From Coriobacteriaceae bacterium (GTDB taxonomy: Bacteria > Actinomycetota > Coriobacteriia > Coriobacteriales > Coriobacteriaceae), in NCBI GenBank assembly GCA_015062655.1, contig SUUG01000004.1, positions 1,140-65,139 on the forward strand: 64,000 bases of DNA. Reading direction: 5' to 3'. The notes beneath the pieces were generated by a model that worked only from the letters and a program-made list of their open reading frames with translations, was not told where the DNA came from and did no database searches. A program made the translations under genes and the position numbers. Numbering within the stretch: position 1 is the first letter of the stretch; each line of letters opens with the position of its first letter. Below, one piece after another: positions 19,399-29,847 of this stretch.

Positions 19399-21000
19399 TT
19401 AGTTCTCCTCCAGGCGCGGGAACAGCGCCTCGCCCTTCTCCACCGGCGTACCGCCTGCGAGCCCGCCCCAGGCGCAGGCCGCGGCGAGGTCGTCCGCGCC
19501 GGCCTCGTCCGCGCAGGAGATGCGGCGCAGCGCCTCGGCCGAGGTCTCGGGCATGAAGGGGACGAGGAGGTGCGCCGAGATCCGGATCGCCTCGAGCAGG
19601 TTGTAGATCACGAAGGCGAGCTCATCGGCGCGAGCCGGATCCTTGGCGAGGGCCCAGGGCTCGGAGTCCTCGATGTAACGGTTGGCGGCACGGATGAGCT
19701 CCATGACCTCGGATGCCCCCTCGCCGAAGGCGAAGGCGGACATCTTCGCGGCATAGCGATCGACGATGCCGTCGGCGATCTCGGCGAGCGGGTTCGGGTG
19801 GGCGGAGGCATCCGACGGGCGCGCCGGGGCGAGGCCGTCGAAGTACTTCGCGCTCATGTTCAGCGAGCGGGAGATGAGGTTGCCCCAGCTGTTCGCGAGG
19901 TCGGCGTTGTAAACCTGGCGCATGCGGGAGAAGGAGATCGCGCCATCCATGCCGGGCACCACGTCGGTCATGAAGTAGTAGCGGTACCCCTCGACGCCGA
20001 GCAGGTCGATGACCTCGCGCGGGGCGATCGCATTGCCGCGGCTCTTGGACATCTTCTCGCCCTTGCCCGTCTCCTCGTTTCGAACCATGAGGAAGCCGTG
20101 GGCGAAGACGCGCTCGGGCAGGGCCTCGCCGATCGCCATGAGCATGGCCGGCCAGATCACGCAGTGGAATCGGATGATGTCCTTGCCGACGATATGCGCC
20201 TGGGCGGGCCAGCGGCGGGCGAACTCCGCCTGGGCGGCCGGCTCGTCGACGCCGTAGCCGACGGCGGTCATGTAGTTGAGCAGGGCGTCGAACCAGACAT
20301 AGGTGACGTGCCCCTCGTCGAACGGCACGGGGATGCCCCAGTCGAAGGTGTTGCGGGAGACCGAGAGGTCGTTGAGGCCGCCGGCGACGAAGCTCTTGAC
20401 CTCGTTCATGCGGAAGCTCGGCTGGACGAACTCGGGGTGCTCCTCGTAGAGCTCGAGCAGGCGGTCCTGGAAGGCGGAGAGCTTGAAGAACCAGCTCTCC
20501 TCCTGCACGCGCTCGAGCGGGCGGTGGCAGTCGGGGCAGAGGTGGTCGGCGCCCTCGTGGCCCTCGTTGGCCTTGGCGACCTGGGTGTCGGTGAAGAAGG
20601 TCTCGTCGGGGACGCAGTACCAGCCGTCGTAGCTGCCCTTGTAGAGGTAGCCCGACTCGCGCATGCGCTCCCAGAGGTACTGGACGGCGGCGCGCTGGCG
20701 GCCCTCGGTGGTGCGGATGAAATCATCGTTGGAGATCTCGAGCTCGGCCCAGAGGTCCTTGAAGAGCGGGGCCTGGGAGTCGCACCACTCCTGCGGGGTC
20801 ATGTCGTGGGCCGCAGCGGCCTCGGCGACCTTTTGGCCGTGCTCGTCCATACCGGTGAGGAAGCGCACGTCATACCCCATGGCGCGGCGGAAACGGGCCT
20901 GGACATCGGCCACGATGGTGGAGTACGCCGTGCCCAGGTGGGGCGCTGCGTTCACATAATAGATCGGCGTGGTGATGAAATAGGACGGTTTCTCGGCCAT
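19399..21000 (-). CDS. metG: Methionine--tRNA ligase (short form, no C-terminal tRNA-binding domain)
   Basis: TTPIYY, HLGTAY, TGMDEHGQK, YVWFDAL, GKDI, KMSKS. Confidence 0.96.
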   Translation of the reverse strand: MAEKPSYFITTPIYYVNAAPHLGTAYSTIVADVQARFRRAMGYDVRFLTGMDEHGQKVAEAAAAHDMTPQEWCDSQAPLFKDLWAELEISNDDFIRTTEGRQRAAVQYLWERMRESGYLYKGSYDGWYCVPDETFFTDTQVAKANEGHEGADHLCPDCHRPLERVQEESWFFKLSAFQDRLLELYEEHPEFVQPSFRMNEVKSFVAGGLNDLSVSRNTFDWGIPVPFDEGHVTYVWFDALLNYMTAVGYGVDEPAAQAEFARRWPAQAHIVGKDIIRFHCVIWPAMLMAIGEALPERVFAHGFLMVRNEETGKGEKMSKSRGNAIAPREVIDLLGVEGYRYYFMTDVVPGMDGAISFSRMRQVYNADLANSWGNLISRSLNMSAKYFDGLAPARPSDASAHPNPLAEIADGIVDRYAAKMSAFAFGEGASEVMELIRAANRYIEDSEPWALAKDPARADELAFVIYNLLEAIRISAHLLVPFMPETSAEALRRISCADEAGADDLAAACAWGGLAGGTPVEKGEALFPRLEEN

Positions 21001-21096
21001 CAGGCACTCCCCTCGCGATGTGTGTGCAGTCTGCTAGTCTATCAAAAGCGAGGCTGCAGGGGGTGTACGGCGGGCGAGAGGCGACACAGGGCGACG

Positions 21097-21804
21097 TCAC
21101 TCCTCCGACATGGCTTCCAGCCCCACCATGGCGAGCACCTCATCCCGACGCGCGAGATACCCATCGCCAGATGCCTCGTCAGCGGCCAGCAGGTCGAAAG
21201 CCTCGTATTCAGAGATGGGAAGCTGCTCGCGATCCGTCTCGCAGATGCGAATGGGCACGTCATCTGATAGGGGAATCTTCGCGAACGGGTGCTCAGCCAG
21301 CGTGTAGGCCTCCGGCACCGCGCGACGCGGGTCGGCGCGGTTCACGAAAACCAGGTACTCCGCTCCCTCGCGCATGAACACCCCTCCATAGCGGTAGGCC
21401 GCCTCGGGCACCAGCAGGCGCCCGCCATCCCATTCGCTCAGACCGATGGGCTCGTAGAGCTCTATCTCATCATCGGGTTCAAATCCATCACCCGCTAGCA
21501 CGGACGTCACGCGCACGCGTGTGAGCGTGGCCACCGGCACGAGCCTCCGCTCGCCCGTGCGCTCGACGCGCAGCACCGCTTCCGCCCCCTCAAGCGGACC
21601 GTACCCGATGAGCTCCGGTGTGAGCTCGGCCTCCCTGTCTATCTGCGCATTTGAGTAGGGCATGGGGGCGTAGGGCAGCGCGCCGATCCCATCGCCCACG
21701 TCCGTGTAACTCACACGCGTCACCACACCCAGGATGGTGCAGGCAACGAGCACCACCGACCATGCGGCGATCCACGGCCACATGCGACGGGCACCCCTTT
21801 TCAT
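21097..21804 (-). CDS. Hypothetical membrane-anchored extracytoplasmic protein
   Basis: One N-terminal hydrophobic segment; start overlaps the ATPase stop. Confidence 0.7.
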   Translation of the reverse strand: MKRGARRMWPWIAAWSVVLVACTILGVVTRVSYTDVGDGIGALPYAPMPYSNAQIDREAELTPELIGYGPLEGAEAVLRVERTGERRLVPVATLTRVRVTSVLAGDGFEPDDEIELYEPIGLSEWDGGRLLVPEAAYRYGGVFMREGAEYLVFVNRADPRRAVPEAYTLAEHPFAKIPLSDDVPIRICETDREQLPISEYEAFDLLAADEASGDGYLARRDEVLAMVGLEAMSEE

Positions 21805-22472
21805 CGCGCACTCACCTCGCTTAGCCGTCCCTCGCTCATCTGGTATCTGAGGTCGCTGACGCGCGCCAACTCCTCGCGATCATGCGAGATCACGATCACG
21901 ATCGCCCCCCGATCGCGCTCCTCGAAGAGGATCCTCCTGATCAGATCCTTGCCATCTTCATCCAGCGCGTTGGTTGGCTCGTCGAGCAAAAGAAGCCCCG
22001 GGGCCAGCATGATCGCCTGGGCGATCGAGAGCCGCTGCCTCATCCCCAAGCTGTAGCTTTTGAGCAAGCGGAGATCATCCGGATCAAGGCCGACGCGCAT
22101 GAGAGCGCGGCGCGGGGCGGCGGGATCGCGCTTCCGCGAGATCGACTCGAGCAGCTCTAGGTTCTCGAGGCCGGTGAACTCGTCCCAGAGCGTGAGGGGC
22201 TCGATCAGGAAGCCCATGTCGGAGGGAAAGGCGCCCCCGTCCGTAATCCGCTCCCCGCAGACCTCGATCTCCCCCTCGTCCACGGAGATGAGGCCGGCAA
22301 TCGCGCGGAGCAACATGGTCTTGCCCGAACCGTTCGGCCCTTGAAGGCCGGTGATCGACATCGCCGGAAACGATGCCGTCACCTGGTCGAGCACCGTCTT
22401 GCCCTTCAGACGCTTCGAGACGCCGCGAACCTCGACACCCACAGCGCGCGTTACCTCATGTTCCCTAAGCAT
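21801..22472 (-). CDS. ABC transporter ATP-binding protein
   Basis: GPNGSGKT, YSLGMRQRL, LLLDEPTNALD, ISHD. Confidence 0.93.
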   Translation of the reverse strand: MLREHEVTRAVGVEVRGVSKRLKGKTVLDQVTASFPAMSITGLQGPNGSGKTMLLRAIAGLISVDEGEIEVCGERITDGGAFPSDMGFLIEPLTLWDEFTGLENLELLESISRKRDPAAPRRALMRVGLDPDDLRLLKSYSLGMRQRLSIAQAIMLAPGLLLLDEPTNALDEDGKDLIRRILFEERDRGAIVIVISHDREELARVSDLRYQMSEGRLSEVSAR

Positions 22473-22481
22473 GACCGTCTC

Positions 22482-23201
22482 CTAAGAACGCTGATGGCCG
22501 AGCAGGCCGCCGTCCACGTAATCGGCGCGTTCGAACGCGATGAGCTGAATCGCGATCATTCCGAGCGCGATCGAGCCCAGCATCGCAGCTTTCACGAGCA
22601 GTTCGGCGGTCGTGAGCTGGGAAGATACGATCGCGATACCCCACCCTATAGACGGCAGGCCGCCGCCGACAACGTTTTGCGCCATGAAATCCCAGACACC
22701 GTACGCGGCTGCCGCCAGAAACGAGATCGCCGGCTCGCGCACAAGGACGGCGGCGATCGTCGAGATCATGCACGCGATGAAAAGCACCGCGGCTTGGAGC
22801 AAGACAGAGCCGCCAAGGGAGATAAGATCCGAAGGGGTGGGTGCCACCGGCAGCACGGAAAACGTCGCTGTCACGTTGATAGCGAGCGAGCAGCACAGGC
22901 TGTAGAGCGCCGCATGTCCCGCACACGCCATAGCCGCACCCCTTCTGCTCTTGAACGACGATGCGAACAGTCCGCTGGAAAACAACGTGAGCGGACGCAT
23001 CCAGACGAGAACCGTAAGCGGCACAAGTAAAAACGAGGCGGTGTTGGAACCGTTACAGAACAGATAGCGATCGAGCCACACCCGCTGCACGAGATCACGC
23101 TGCAAGGCGGCATACTGCAGCACACGGCAAGCAAAAAGCACCGCGATGGCGATGACCAGAAGGGTGTGGCGGCGCATAAAGATGCGGCGGATACCTCTCA
23201 T
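22482..23201 (-). CDS. Putative ABC permease (multi-TM)
   Basis: Several hydrophobic helices; overlapping start/stop with the neighbouring permease. Confidence 0.75.
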   Translation of the reverse strand: MRGIRRIFMRRHTLLVIAIAVLFACRVLQYAALQRDLVQRVWLDRYLFCNGSNTASFLLVPLTVLVWMRPLTLFSSGLFASSFKSRRGAAMACAGHAALYSLCCSLAINVTATFSVLPVAPTPSDLISLGGSVLLQAAVLFIACMISTIAAVLVREPAISFLAAAAYGVWDFMAQNVVGGGLPSIGWGIAIVSSQLTTAELLVKAAMLGSIALGMIAIQLIAFERADYVDGGLLGHQRS

Positions 23202-24070
23202 AGCAGCAAATCCCTCCCCTTCGCACGTGCGGCGACCACAAGCCCAGCGGCCACGATGAAGAGGAAGACAGGCTCGCCGAAGAACAGGGCGGAGGAATCA
23301 AGCGGGATGCCGTAACCGGGTGTCACCAACCGGAAGAACAACATATGAAAGATACCGAGCGAGGAGGATGAGGAGATTGAGTACAAGACGAGCGCGGCCA
23401 CACCGGGGATGACGAGCGCGATCGCCCGCATCCTCCTCATGAGCAGTGAGATTCCCAGTGAGACGACTGACATCAAGCCCGCCCAGAGCGCTGACCAAAC
23501 CATAAACACCGAATTGTACAGATACGGATGGAGTCGATAGAGATCCGAGAAGATGAATTCGTCCGGCAGCAGGTCACGCGTATATAAAGGCACTCCCAAC
23601 GCCCCCTCCATGACCCCCTCGGGGGGAAAGGCGATGATAGCGAGCGCCTGCAAGAGCACCAGCGTCGACAGAACGAGGAGGAACCCGCCCGTGAAGGCGA
23701 CGATCACATGGGAGAGCACGAAAGAACCGATTGATGTCCTTGAGGCGATAACACCTGCGACACCGCGGCGAATATCTTCAGCTGCCGCATCAGAGAACAT
23801 GAGCGCGGCAAGTATGAGCATGAAGAAGTGCAGGTAGACACGCATGGAGTTCACCTGCATGACATCCATATTCCACGCCCAAGCCGTGGCCGGCGAGGGA
23901 AGCTGGGAACAGTCCGCGCCGAAAAAACGGAAGCAGGTCTCCGTGAACGCGATAGCCACGAAGCCCAAAGACACCGTCACCGCAATCCTGAACTGCGGAC
24001 GGCGGGGCATACGCCGGAATTGGACGCCGAGCACGGCGCTGAACCGTGAAACTGAGGCTCCCATGAGCAC
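23198..24070 (-). CDS. Putative ABC permease (multi-TM)
   Basis: About six hydrophobic helices; first gene of the cassette. Confidence 0.75.
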   Translation of the reverse strand: MLMGASVSRFSAVLGVQFRRMPRRPQFRIAVTVSLGFVAIAFTETCFRFFGADCSQLPSPATAWAWNMDVMQVNSMRVYLHFFMLILAALMFSDAAAEDIRRGVAGVIASRTSIGSFVLSHVIVAFTGGFLLVLSTLVLLQALAIIAFPPEGVMEGALGVPLYTRDLLPDEFIFSDLYRLHPYLYNSVFMVWSALWAGLMSVVSLGISLLMRRMRAIALVIPGVAALVLYSISSSSSLGIFHMLFFRLVTPGYGIPLDSSALFFGEPVFLFIVAAGLVVAARAKGRDLLL

Positions 24071-24146
24071 CCCCTGTGAGATCGCCGGGCCGGGTCGGAA
24101 CCCGGACCCCGCCCGGGAAATGAGGAAGAGGGAAGGTCGCAGACAG

Positions 24147-24230
24147 CTAGAAGCTTACCGATCCGCTAATCGCTACGCATCTCACTCGCTCCTTTTCGCC
24201 TATCCCTCCTCCTCTTATCTCGATCTCCAT
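24147..24230 (-). CDS. Possible 27-aa leader ORF MEIEIRGGGIGEKERVRCVAISGSVSF
   Basis: ATG 24230 preceded by AAGGTGA RBS, TAG at 24147-24149; below the ORF-track cutoff. Confidence 0.3.
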   Translation of the reverse strand: MEIEIRGGGIGEKERVRCVAISGSVSF

Positions 24231-24514
24231 AATATCACCTTATTTATGGTTTTACAGTGATCAATCTTTACAAACTAATCGCTCATGCGGGCGAAGAAAT
24301 ACGTTCCGTCCTCGCGAAACTTGCGCGTCTCGAGCATGAGATAGGATCGCTTACTGCATGAAAATCCTCGTTTCGCGTGCAAATATACGGGCGAGCCATC
24401 CATGCGCCCGCGCACGCCGAAACTGCGCCAACTCACCCGCACACATAACCGTAAGGCGAATCGGGGGCGCAGGCGGCGGGACGGATCCCGCAGCCTGCGC
24501 CCCCCACAGACACC

Positions 24515-25609
24515 CTATCGGCGAATGAACCCGAACGGGTGCTCGGGCTTCACGTAGTCGAGCAGGAACAGCTCCTCCTCCGGAACGCGGCCGACGAGGT
24601 TGCGCGTCCCGTCGGCGGGGATGTCCTTGAGGGCCACCTCGAGCTCGCCGCGGTAGTGCGCCATGCCGTCGTTCACCACGAGGACGTCGCCGCGCCTGAA
24701 CACCCCGCACCCCGCGTCGCGCGGCGGGATCGACGTCTCGCGGTGATCCGTGCGCGGGAACGAGGAGCGCAGCATGTACTCGGATGCGTCCCCCCTCGTC
24801 ACATGCTGGTAGTCCCACACGATGCGCTCCTCCACGGGGGGAATACCGGGCACGGTCTCGATCGTCATCGTGACCCGGGAGAGGTCGACCCCCGCGAGCT
24901 CGCGCAGCTCCGCGTCCGTGGCCTCGAAGTCACCGATCAGGATATCGTCCACCAACCCCGAGGCAACCAGGTGCCGCGCCTGGAGGCCGATGGGCCGATG
25001 CCGATCGTCCTCGCAGGTGGGAAGCCCGGCTGATACGGGCCAGGGGCCCACGGTCCCCGGCTGCCGACTGGTCACGAACGCCGCGACCGGCAGGCCCATC
25101 CCGCGGTAGCGCGCGGAGAGCCCCTGAAAGGTCTCCTCGGAGAGGCCCGTGTAGGGCTCCGGGTAGAAGTTGTGGCACACCACCATGTTCCGCATATCCG
25201 CCCCGCGCTCGATCAGGAGGTCGAGCGGGAGGTTGCCGCTCGCGTTGAACTCGATCGCGATGCCAGCGGCGTTCCGGGTCAACATGATGTCCCCCTGATC
25301 GCCGAAGTGCCCGTCGAGCCTGATGATGTCCACGCCCATCTCGGCGAACGGGCCGACGTCCTCGGGGCTCGCGCCCAGGCGCCCGAACACGTCCTCGTTC
25401 GTGTCGACCGACACTGTGAAGCCGAGGTCGTGAGCCATCCGGATGAACCCCGCGAACTCCTGAATCGTCTCATCCGCGCCCCCGCTGACCGAGAGCAGGC
25501 AGGTGAACACCCTGCTGAACCCCAGCCGGGCCGCGCGCTCCAGATAGCTGCGCACGCGCTCCACATCCGTTCGCTCGGGGTACACCGATACGCCAAGTCG
25601 CCTTCTCAT
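24515..25609 (-). CDS. MupG/DUF871-family TIM-barrel protein (putative 6-phospho-glycosidase)
   Basis: LGVSVYP, FSRVFTCLL, IRLDGHF, CHNFYPEPYTGL, GLPTCEDDR, C-terminal RGDVLVVNDGMAHYRGEL. Confidence 0.88.
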   Translation of the reverse strand: MRRRLGVSVYPERTDVERVRSYLERAARLGFSRVFTCLLSVSGGADETIQEFAGFIRMAHDLGFTVSVDTNEDVFGRLGASPEDVGPFAEMGVDIIRLDGHFGDQGDIMLTRNAAGIAIEFNASGNLPLDLLIERGADMRNMVVCHNFYPEPYTGLSEETFQGLSARYRGMGLPVAAFVTSRQPGTVGPWPVSAGLPTCEDDRHRPIGLQARHLVASGLVDDILIGDFEATDAELRELAGVDLSRVTMTIETVPGIPPVEERIVWDYQHVTRGDASEYMLRSSFPRTDHRETSIPPRDAGCGVFRRGDVLVVNDGMAHYRGELEVALKDIPADGTRNLVGRVPEEELFLLDYVKPEHPFGFIRR

Positions 25610-25619
25610 GATCAGCCTC

Positions 25620-27011
25620 CTAGAAATCGAAGTCGAGGTCGGCCAGGTCGATGTCGTCGATCGCCGAGGTGGCGCTGGGCTCCTCGCGCTCCGCGCGCTC
25701 CTGCTCGGCGAGGTACTTCCCATCCAGCGTCTTTATGAAGGGGAGGTAGATGAGGACGCCGCATACGAGCAGGATCGCCTGCCAGACCGCGCCCTGCCAC
25801 CCGCTCACCAGAAAACCCGAGATGATCGCCGGCGTCGTCCAAGGGATGAGGACGCCGTTCGCCACCGGGACCAGGCCCGCGGCCATGACGCCGTAGGTGG
25901 TGACGATGTTGAACAGGGGCACGAGTACGAAGGGGACGAGCAGCACCGGGTTCAACACGATGGGGAGGCCGAAGATGACGGGCTCGTTGATGTTGAAGAC
26001 GCCCGGGCCGATGGAGAGCTTCGCGAGCTTCCGGATTCGATCGGACTTGCAGAAGAACAGCATCGCAACCAGGAGCGAGAGCGTCGATCCACCGCCGCCG
26101 AGCGTGGCGAACAGGCTCTGGAACTGGTAGTTGATGATGTTGGGTGCAGCGAGGCCCGCTGTGATCGCCTCCTGGTTCTGCGCCGAGAGCGCGAGCAGGA
26201 TCGGCTGGTACACCGAGTCGGTGATGCTCGTCCCATGGATGCCGAAGAACCACAGGACGTGCGCGACGACGTACACGAACGCCTGCGCGACGACCGTGCC
26301 GCCCAGGTTCTGCAGGGGGATCTGGAGGAAGGAGTACAGGAACGTGAAGAAGTCTCCCCAGGGCGTCAAGGTGAAGAGCACCCGGACGAGCCACGCGCAC
26401 ACGACGGTGGCGGTCATGGGGATCAGCGAGGAGAAGGCGCGCGAGACGGTCGGGGGAACGCCCTCGGGCATCTTGATCATCAGGTCCTTGCGCACCAGGG
26501 CGCCGTAGAGCTTCACGGACAGGAAGCCCGACACGATCGCCACGAAGACCCCCTTGGAGCCGATCCACCCCAAGGGAACGCTCGCCACCCGGATCGCCGA
26601 GGACGCCCCCTCGGGCGTGAAATCCGTGTACAGCGGGAGCAGGAGCAGCCAGGCGAGGAGCGAGACGATGCCGGCCGACAGGCGGTCGTCAAGCCGCTCG
26701 TGCTCCGCGAAGTTGTATCCCATGAGGAAGGCCACGAACAGCGCCATCATCGACACGGTGCAGGTCCCGGGAACCGAGATCAGCGCCGCGAGCGTCTCGC
26801 CGCCGATGGTCGCGGTGGAGAGGAAGTCCGTCCACGCGGTGATAGGGAAGTTGCCGACCAGGGTGAAAAACGAGCCGACGATGAGCAGCGGCATGATCGC
26901 CGCGAACGTGTCCCTCAACGTGAGCAGATACCGGTTCTTCCCGACGACCTCCGCCAGAGGCATGAGCCGCCGCTCGAAGACACCCATGATGCCGGAATCG
27001 ACATGAGCCAT
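25620..27011 (-). CDS. PTS IIC, cellobiose/lactose family
   Basis: LRDTFAAIMPLLIVGSF, MPEGVPPTV, LWFFGIHG, FNINEPVIFGLPIVLNP. Confidence 0.93.
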   Translation of the reverse strand: MAHVDSGIMGVFERRLMPLAEVVGKNRYLLTLRDTFAAIMPLLIVGSFFTLVGNFPITAWTDFLSTATIGGETLAALISVPGTCTVSMMALFVAFLMGYNFAEHERLDDRLSAGIVSLLAWLLLLPLYTDFTPEGASSAIRVASVPLGWIGSKGVFVAIVSGFLSVKLYGALVRKDLMIKMPEGVPPTVSRAFSSLIPMTATVVCAWLVRVLFTLTPWGDFFTFLYSFLQIPLQNLGGTVVAQAFVYVVAHVLWFFGIHGTSITDSVYQPILLALSAQNQEAITAGLAAPNIINYQFQSLFATLGGGGSTLSLLVAMLFFCKSDRIRKLAKLSIGPGVFNINEPVIFGLPIVLNPVLLVPFVLVPLFNIVTTYGVMAAGLVPVANGVLIPWTTPAIISGFLVSGWQGAVWQAILLVCGVLIYLPFIKTLDGKYLAEQERAEREEPSATSAIDDIDLADLDFDF

Positions 27012-27026
27012 GTTCCGTCCCCTTCC

Positions 27027-27347
27027 TTATGCCGTATGCGTCTTGATGAGCAGGACCGCGTACTTGAGCACGCGCTCCCCGTCCAACCTGCCGTAGTCCC
27101 CGGCGTCGATGACCCCGACGGGAATCCGATCGCCGAACTTCTCGTTCACCTCGTTGAACAGGAAGCCCACCTGGGGCCCCAGAAGCAGGCAGTCGGGCTC
27201 GTCGCGCTCCACGAGCTCGGACACCTTGCCGGAGGAGAAGGCTTCGACGCGCGCGGGCAGGCCGTGCTCGTCCGCCACCTCCTGCATGCTCTTCGCGAGC
27301 ATGCTGGTGGACATGCCGGCGCTGCAGAACAGGTAGATCTTCTTCAT
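27027..27347 (-). CDS. PTS IIB, cellobiose/lactose family
   Basis: LFCSAGMSTSML phosphorylation loop, LLGPQV. Confidence 0.94.
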   Translation of the reverse strand: MKKIYLFCSAGMSTSMLAKSMQEVADEHGLPARVEAFSSGKVSELVERDEPDCLLLGPQVGFLFNEVNEKFGDRIPVGVIDAGDYGRLDGERVLKYAVLLIKTHTA

Positions 27348-27365
27348 GCGGTGCTCCCTCTCGTC

Positions 27366-27704
27366 TCAGTTGCGGTACTCGGACGGGCGCTCCCCGCCCG
27401 AGCGGTCTTGGATGAGCCCGACGATCTGACGCGCCAGATCGAGCGTGGCGATGGCGTTCATCACATGGTCCTGCCCGTGCACCATGATGAGCGTGACGGG
27501 TTCGGGCGCCTTCCCGTTCAGGAGCTCCCTGATCTCGTCGCTCTGGTGCTCATGGGCCTCGTTTATCGCGGCATCGCCTGCCGCTATCAGCGCATCGGCC
27601 TCGGCGAAGCGCCCCTCCCGGGCCGCGGCCACCGCTTGGATCGCCGAGCTTCGCGCCGTTCCGGCGGGGACGATCAGCTTTGAGACCACTTCCTCATCTG
27701 TCAT
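27366..27704 (-). CDS. PTS IIA, cellobiose/lactose family
   Basis: AGTARS, AHEHQS, MVHGQDHVM. Confidence 0.93.
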   Translation of the reverse strand: MTDEEVVSKLIVPAGTARSSAIQAVAAAREGRFAEADALIAAGDAAINEAHEHQSDEIRELLNGKAPEPVTLIMVHGQDHVMNAIATLDLARQIVGLIQDRSGGERPSEYRN

Positions 27705-27758
27705 AGAAATAGCTCCTTCTCTGCGAATTTACATGAATGGGATCCCGGCTCCCCCGCA

Positions 27759-29768
27759 TCACGGGCCGCCCCCTCCCCTCTGCCCGGGGGAGGCGATGGA
27801 GGACAGCTGGGCCATCAGGGACTCGTAGCGCCGGTCTGCGATGAGCGCCCCCATGCGCTCAGGCGAGGAGGAGAGGCGGAGCATGAGCTCGTAGAAGGGC
27901 TTGAGGTCCTCGTCCTCCGAATCGGAGATAAGGATGAGGAAGACGGCCTGGACCTCCTTCCCTCCCCACGAGACGGGCTCGTCCAGCAGCCCCACCGCCA
28001 CGGCGGTCCGACGCGACATCGCACGCAGCGGGTGCGGCATGGCGACGCGGTTCCCGAACGCGGTCGAGGCGATCGACTCCCGCTCGGCAACGGAGTCCCT
28101 GAGCTCCGATGACATGTCGAGAACCCGCCGCGCACAGTCGCAGAGGACATCGAGGGCCTCCTCCCGATCGGATGCGGGCACATGGGCGAGGAAGAGACTC
28201 CGATCGAAATAGCACCGGGGATCGGGGGCGGCCTCGTCCACCGACTCAAGCACCCGCTTCAAGCCCACCACATCCCCCTGGTCGAAGAAGAAGCTCACCT
28301 CGTGGACCGGAACCGGAAGCCGGACCCTGATGGGGACGGTCGTGAACACGCAGTCGATATCGGAGAAGTCGACGTGGGAGAGCTGAGAGACATCGCATGT
28401 TCCGACGGCCCCCAGATAGCCTCCGAGTTGCTCCCTGACGCGCATGGCGAGCAGCTGGGCGCTGCCCAGACCGGATGCGCAGACGATCAGCACGTTCCTC
28501 GGGCGGCGGCCGCTTCTCCGCTGCTGCTCGAGCGCGAGGGCGAACGAGAGTGCAAGGTAGCCCACCTCGTCATCGCTCACGTCGCACGAGAACCTGTCCG
28601 CAAGGATGCGGGAGCCCTCCCGCGCCAGGGAGAAGGCCAGGGGATACCTGCTGACCACATCATCGAGCAGAGGGTTCTCGAGACGCATGCGATGCGCCAG
28701 GCGCACGGTCAGGGGGCCGATATGGCGCGCCAGGTTATCGCGCAGGGACCGGTCGTCTCGGAGGTCGACGTGGAGGCTGCGCCAGACCGCCTCGATCATC
28801 TGGGCCGCGAGGCCGTCCGCCGACACCCCGGGCGCGGACTCGACCTGATGCGCCATACCCACCTGGACCGGGGGGGGGAGGACCGTGCGCTTACCCGAGA
28901 GATGGAGGGCGATGTAGTCGATCTCCACGCCGGGCAGGCGGATCCCAAATATGCGCTCGACCTCGCCTGCGATCGCCTGGGCAACGCCCCTGACGCGCCG
29001 GTCCTCGACCACGAAGCCGCCCAGGCTGTCTTCGGGAAGCACATGCCCGCCCTGCAGCCTGGCGACCGCGACGGCTATGTGGACCACGAGGTTCTGGAAC
29101 GCGATGGGCCTGATCGCGAAACCCATACGGTCCTTGATGCGCTCCACGCTCGCCGAGATGGACTCGATGCCGTAGGGGTCCGCCACGGGGTCGCGACCGC
29201 CCTCTGCGGTGGACCCGCCATCGCCCGCATGGGCCCTGCCACCCACGTTGAGCCGGTCCATGAGGACGCTGGCCAGGCCCACGCGGCGCTCCATCTCGGT
29301 CCCAACGATGCGGATCCCGTAATGGGGCCTCTTCTCCAGCTCCAGCCCGAACGCGCGCAGACGGCCCTCAACGGCCTTCAAGTCGTTCGAGACGGTCCTG
29401 CGCGAGCAGAACATGAGGTCGGCGAGGGCGTCGATCGTGATCCATGTCCGACGGGAGATCAGCTCGCCCAAAAGAAACGAGACGCGCTCCTCCGGCGTCG
29501 AGGGCGCCGGGGGCGCACCCGCCCCCGATCGCATGGCGCGGAGCCACCTGGACAGCGCGGGCCGGTCCCGCGTCTCGAAGAAGAGCCCCGCCGGACCCCG
29601 GGCGATACGGCACCCCGGTGGGAGGAGATGCGAGGCGGCCGCCTCCAGATGCCGCAGCACGCCGATCTCGACGTCGAACCATTCGGCAAGCTCTTCTTCA
29701 GTCTGATAGGGATGCGCATCGATATGCTGGATGAGCGATAGCACACGGTCTTCCGACACGCTCGGCAT
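27759..29768 (-). CDS. PRD/PTS-domain transcriptional regulator (LicR/MtlR-like)
   Basis: N-terminal HTH, PRD regions (NLVVHIAVAVAR, NLARHI), EIIB-like IVCASGLGSAQLL, EIIA-like VAMPHP; ATG 29768. Confidence 0.88.
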   Translation of the reverse strand: MPSVSEDRVLSLIQHIDAHPYQTEEELAEWFDVEIGVLRHLEAAASHLLPPGCRIARGPAGLFFETRDRPALSRWLRAMRSGAGAPPAPSTPEERVSFLLGELISRRTWITIDALADLMFCSRRTVSNDLKAVEGRLRAFGLELEKRPHYGIRIVGTEMERRVGLASVLMDRLNVGGRAHAGDGGSTAEGGRDPVADPYGIESISASVERIKDRMGFAIRPIAFQNLVVHIAVAVARLQGGHVLPEDSLGGFVVEDRRVRGVAQAIAGEVERIFGIRLPGVEIDYIALHLSGKRTVLPPPVQVGMAHQVESAPGVSADGLAAQMIEAVWRSLHVDLRDDRSLRDNLARHIGPLTVRLAHRMRLENPLLDDVVSRYPLAFSLAREGSRILADRFSCDVSDDEVGYLALSFALALEQQRRSGRRPRNVLIVCASGLGSAQLLAMRVREQLGGYLGAVGTCDVSQLSHVDFSDIDCVFTTVPIRVRLPVPVHEVSFFFDQGDVVGLKRVLESVDEAAPDPRCYFDRSLFLAHVPASDREEALDVLCDCARRVLDMSSELRDSVAERESIASTAFGNRVAMPHPLRAMSRRTAVAVGLLDEPVSWGGKEVQAVFLILISDSEDEDLKPFYELMLRLSSSPERMGALIADRRYESLMAQLSSIASPGQRGGGGP

Positions 29769-29847
29769 CTCATCACCCCCGGTATCTATGCGAGACATCA
29801 CCTCAAACGCATTAGCTAGCAGAAGTCTATGAAATGCAAATGATGAG

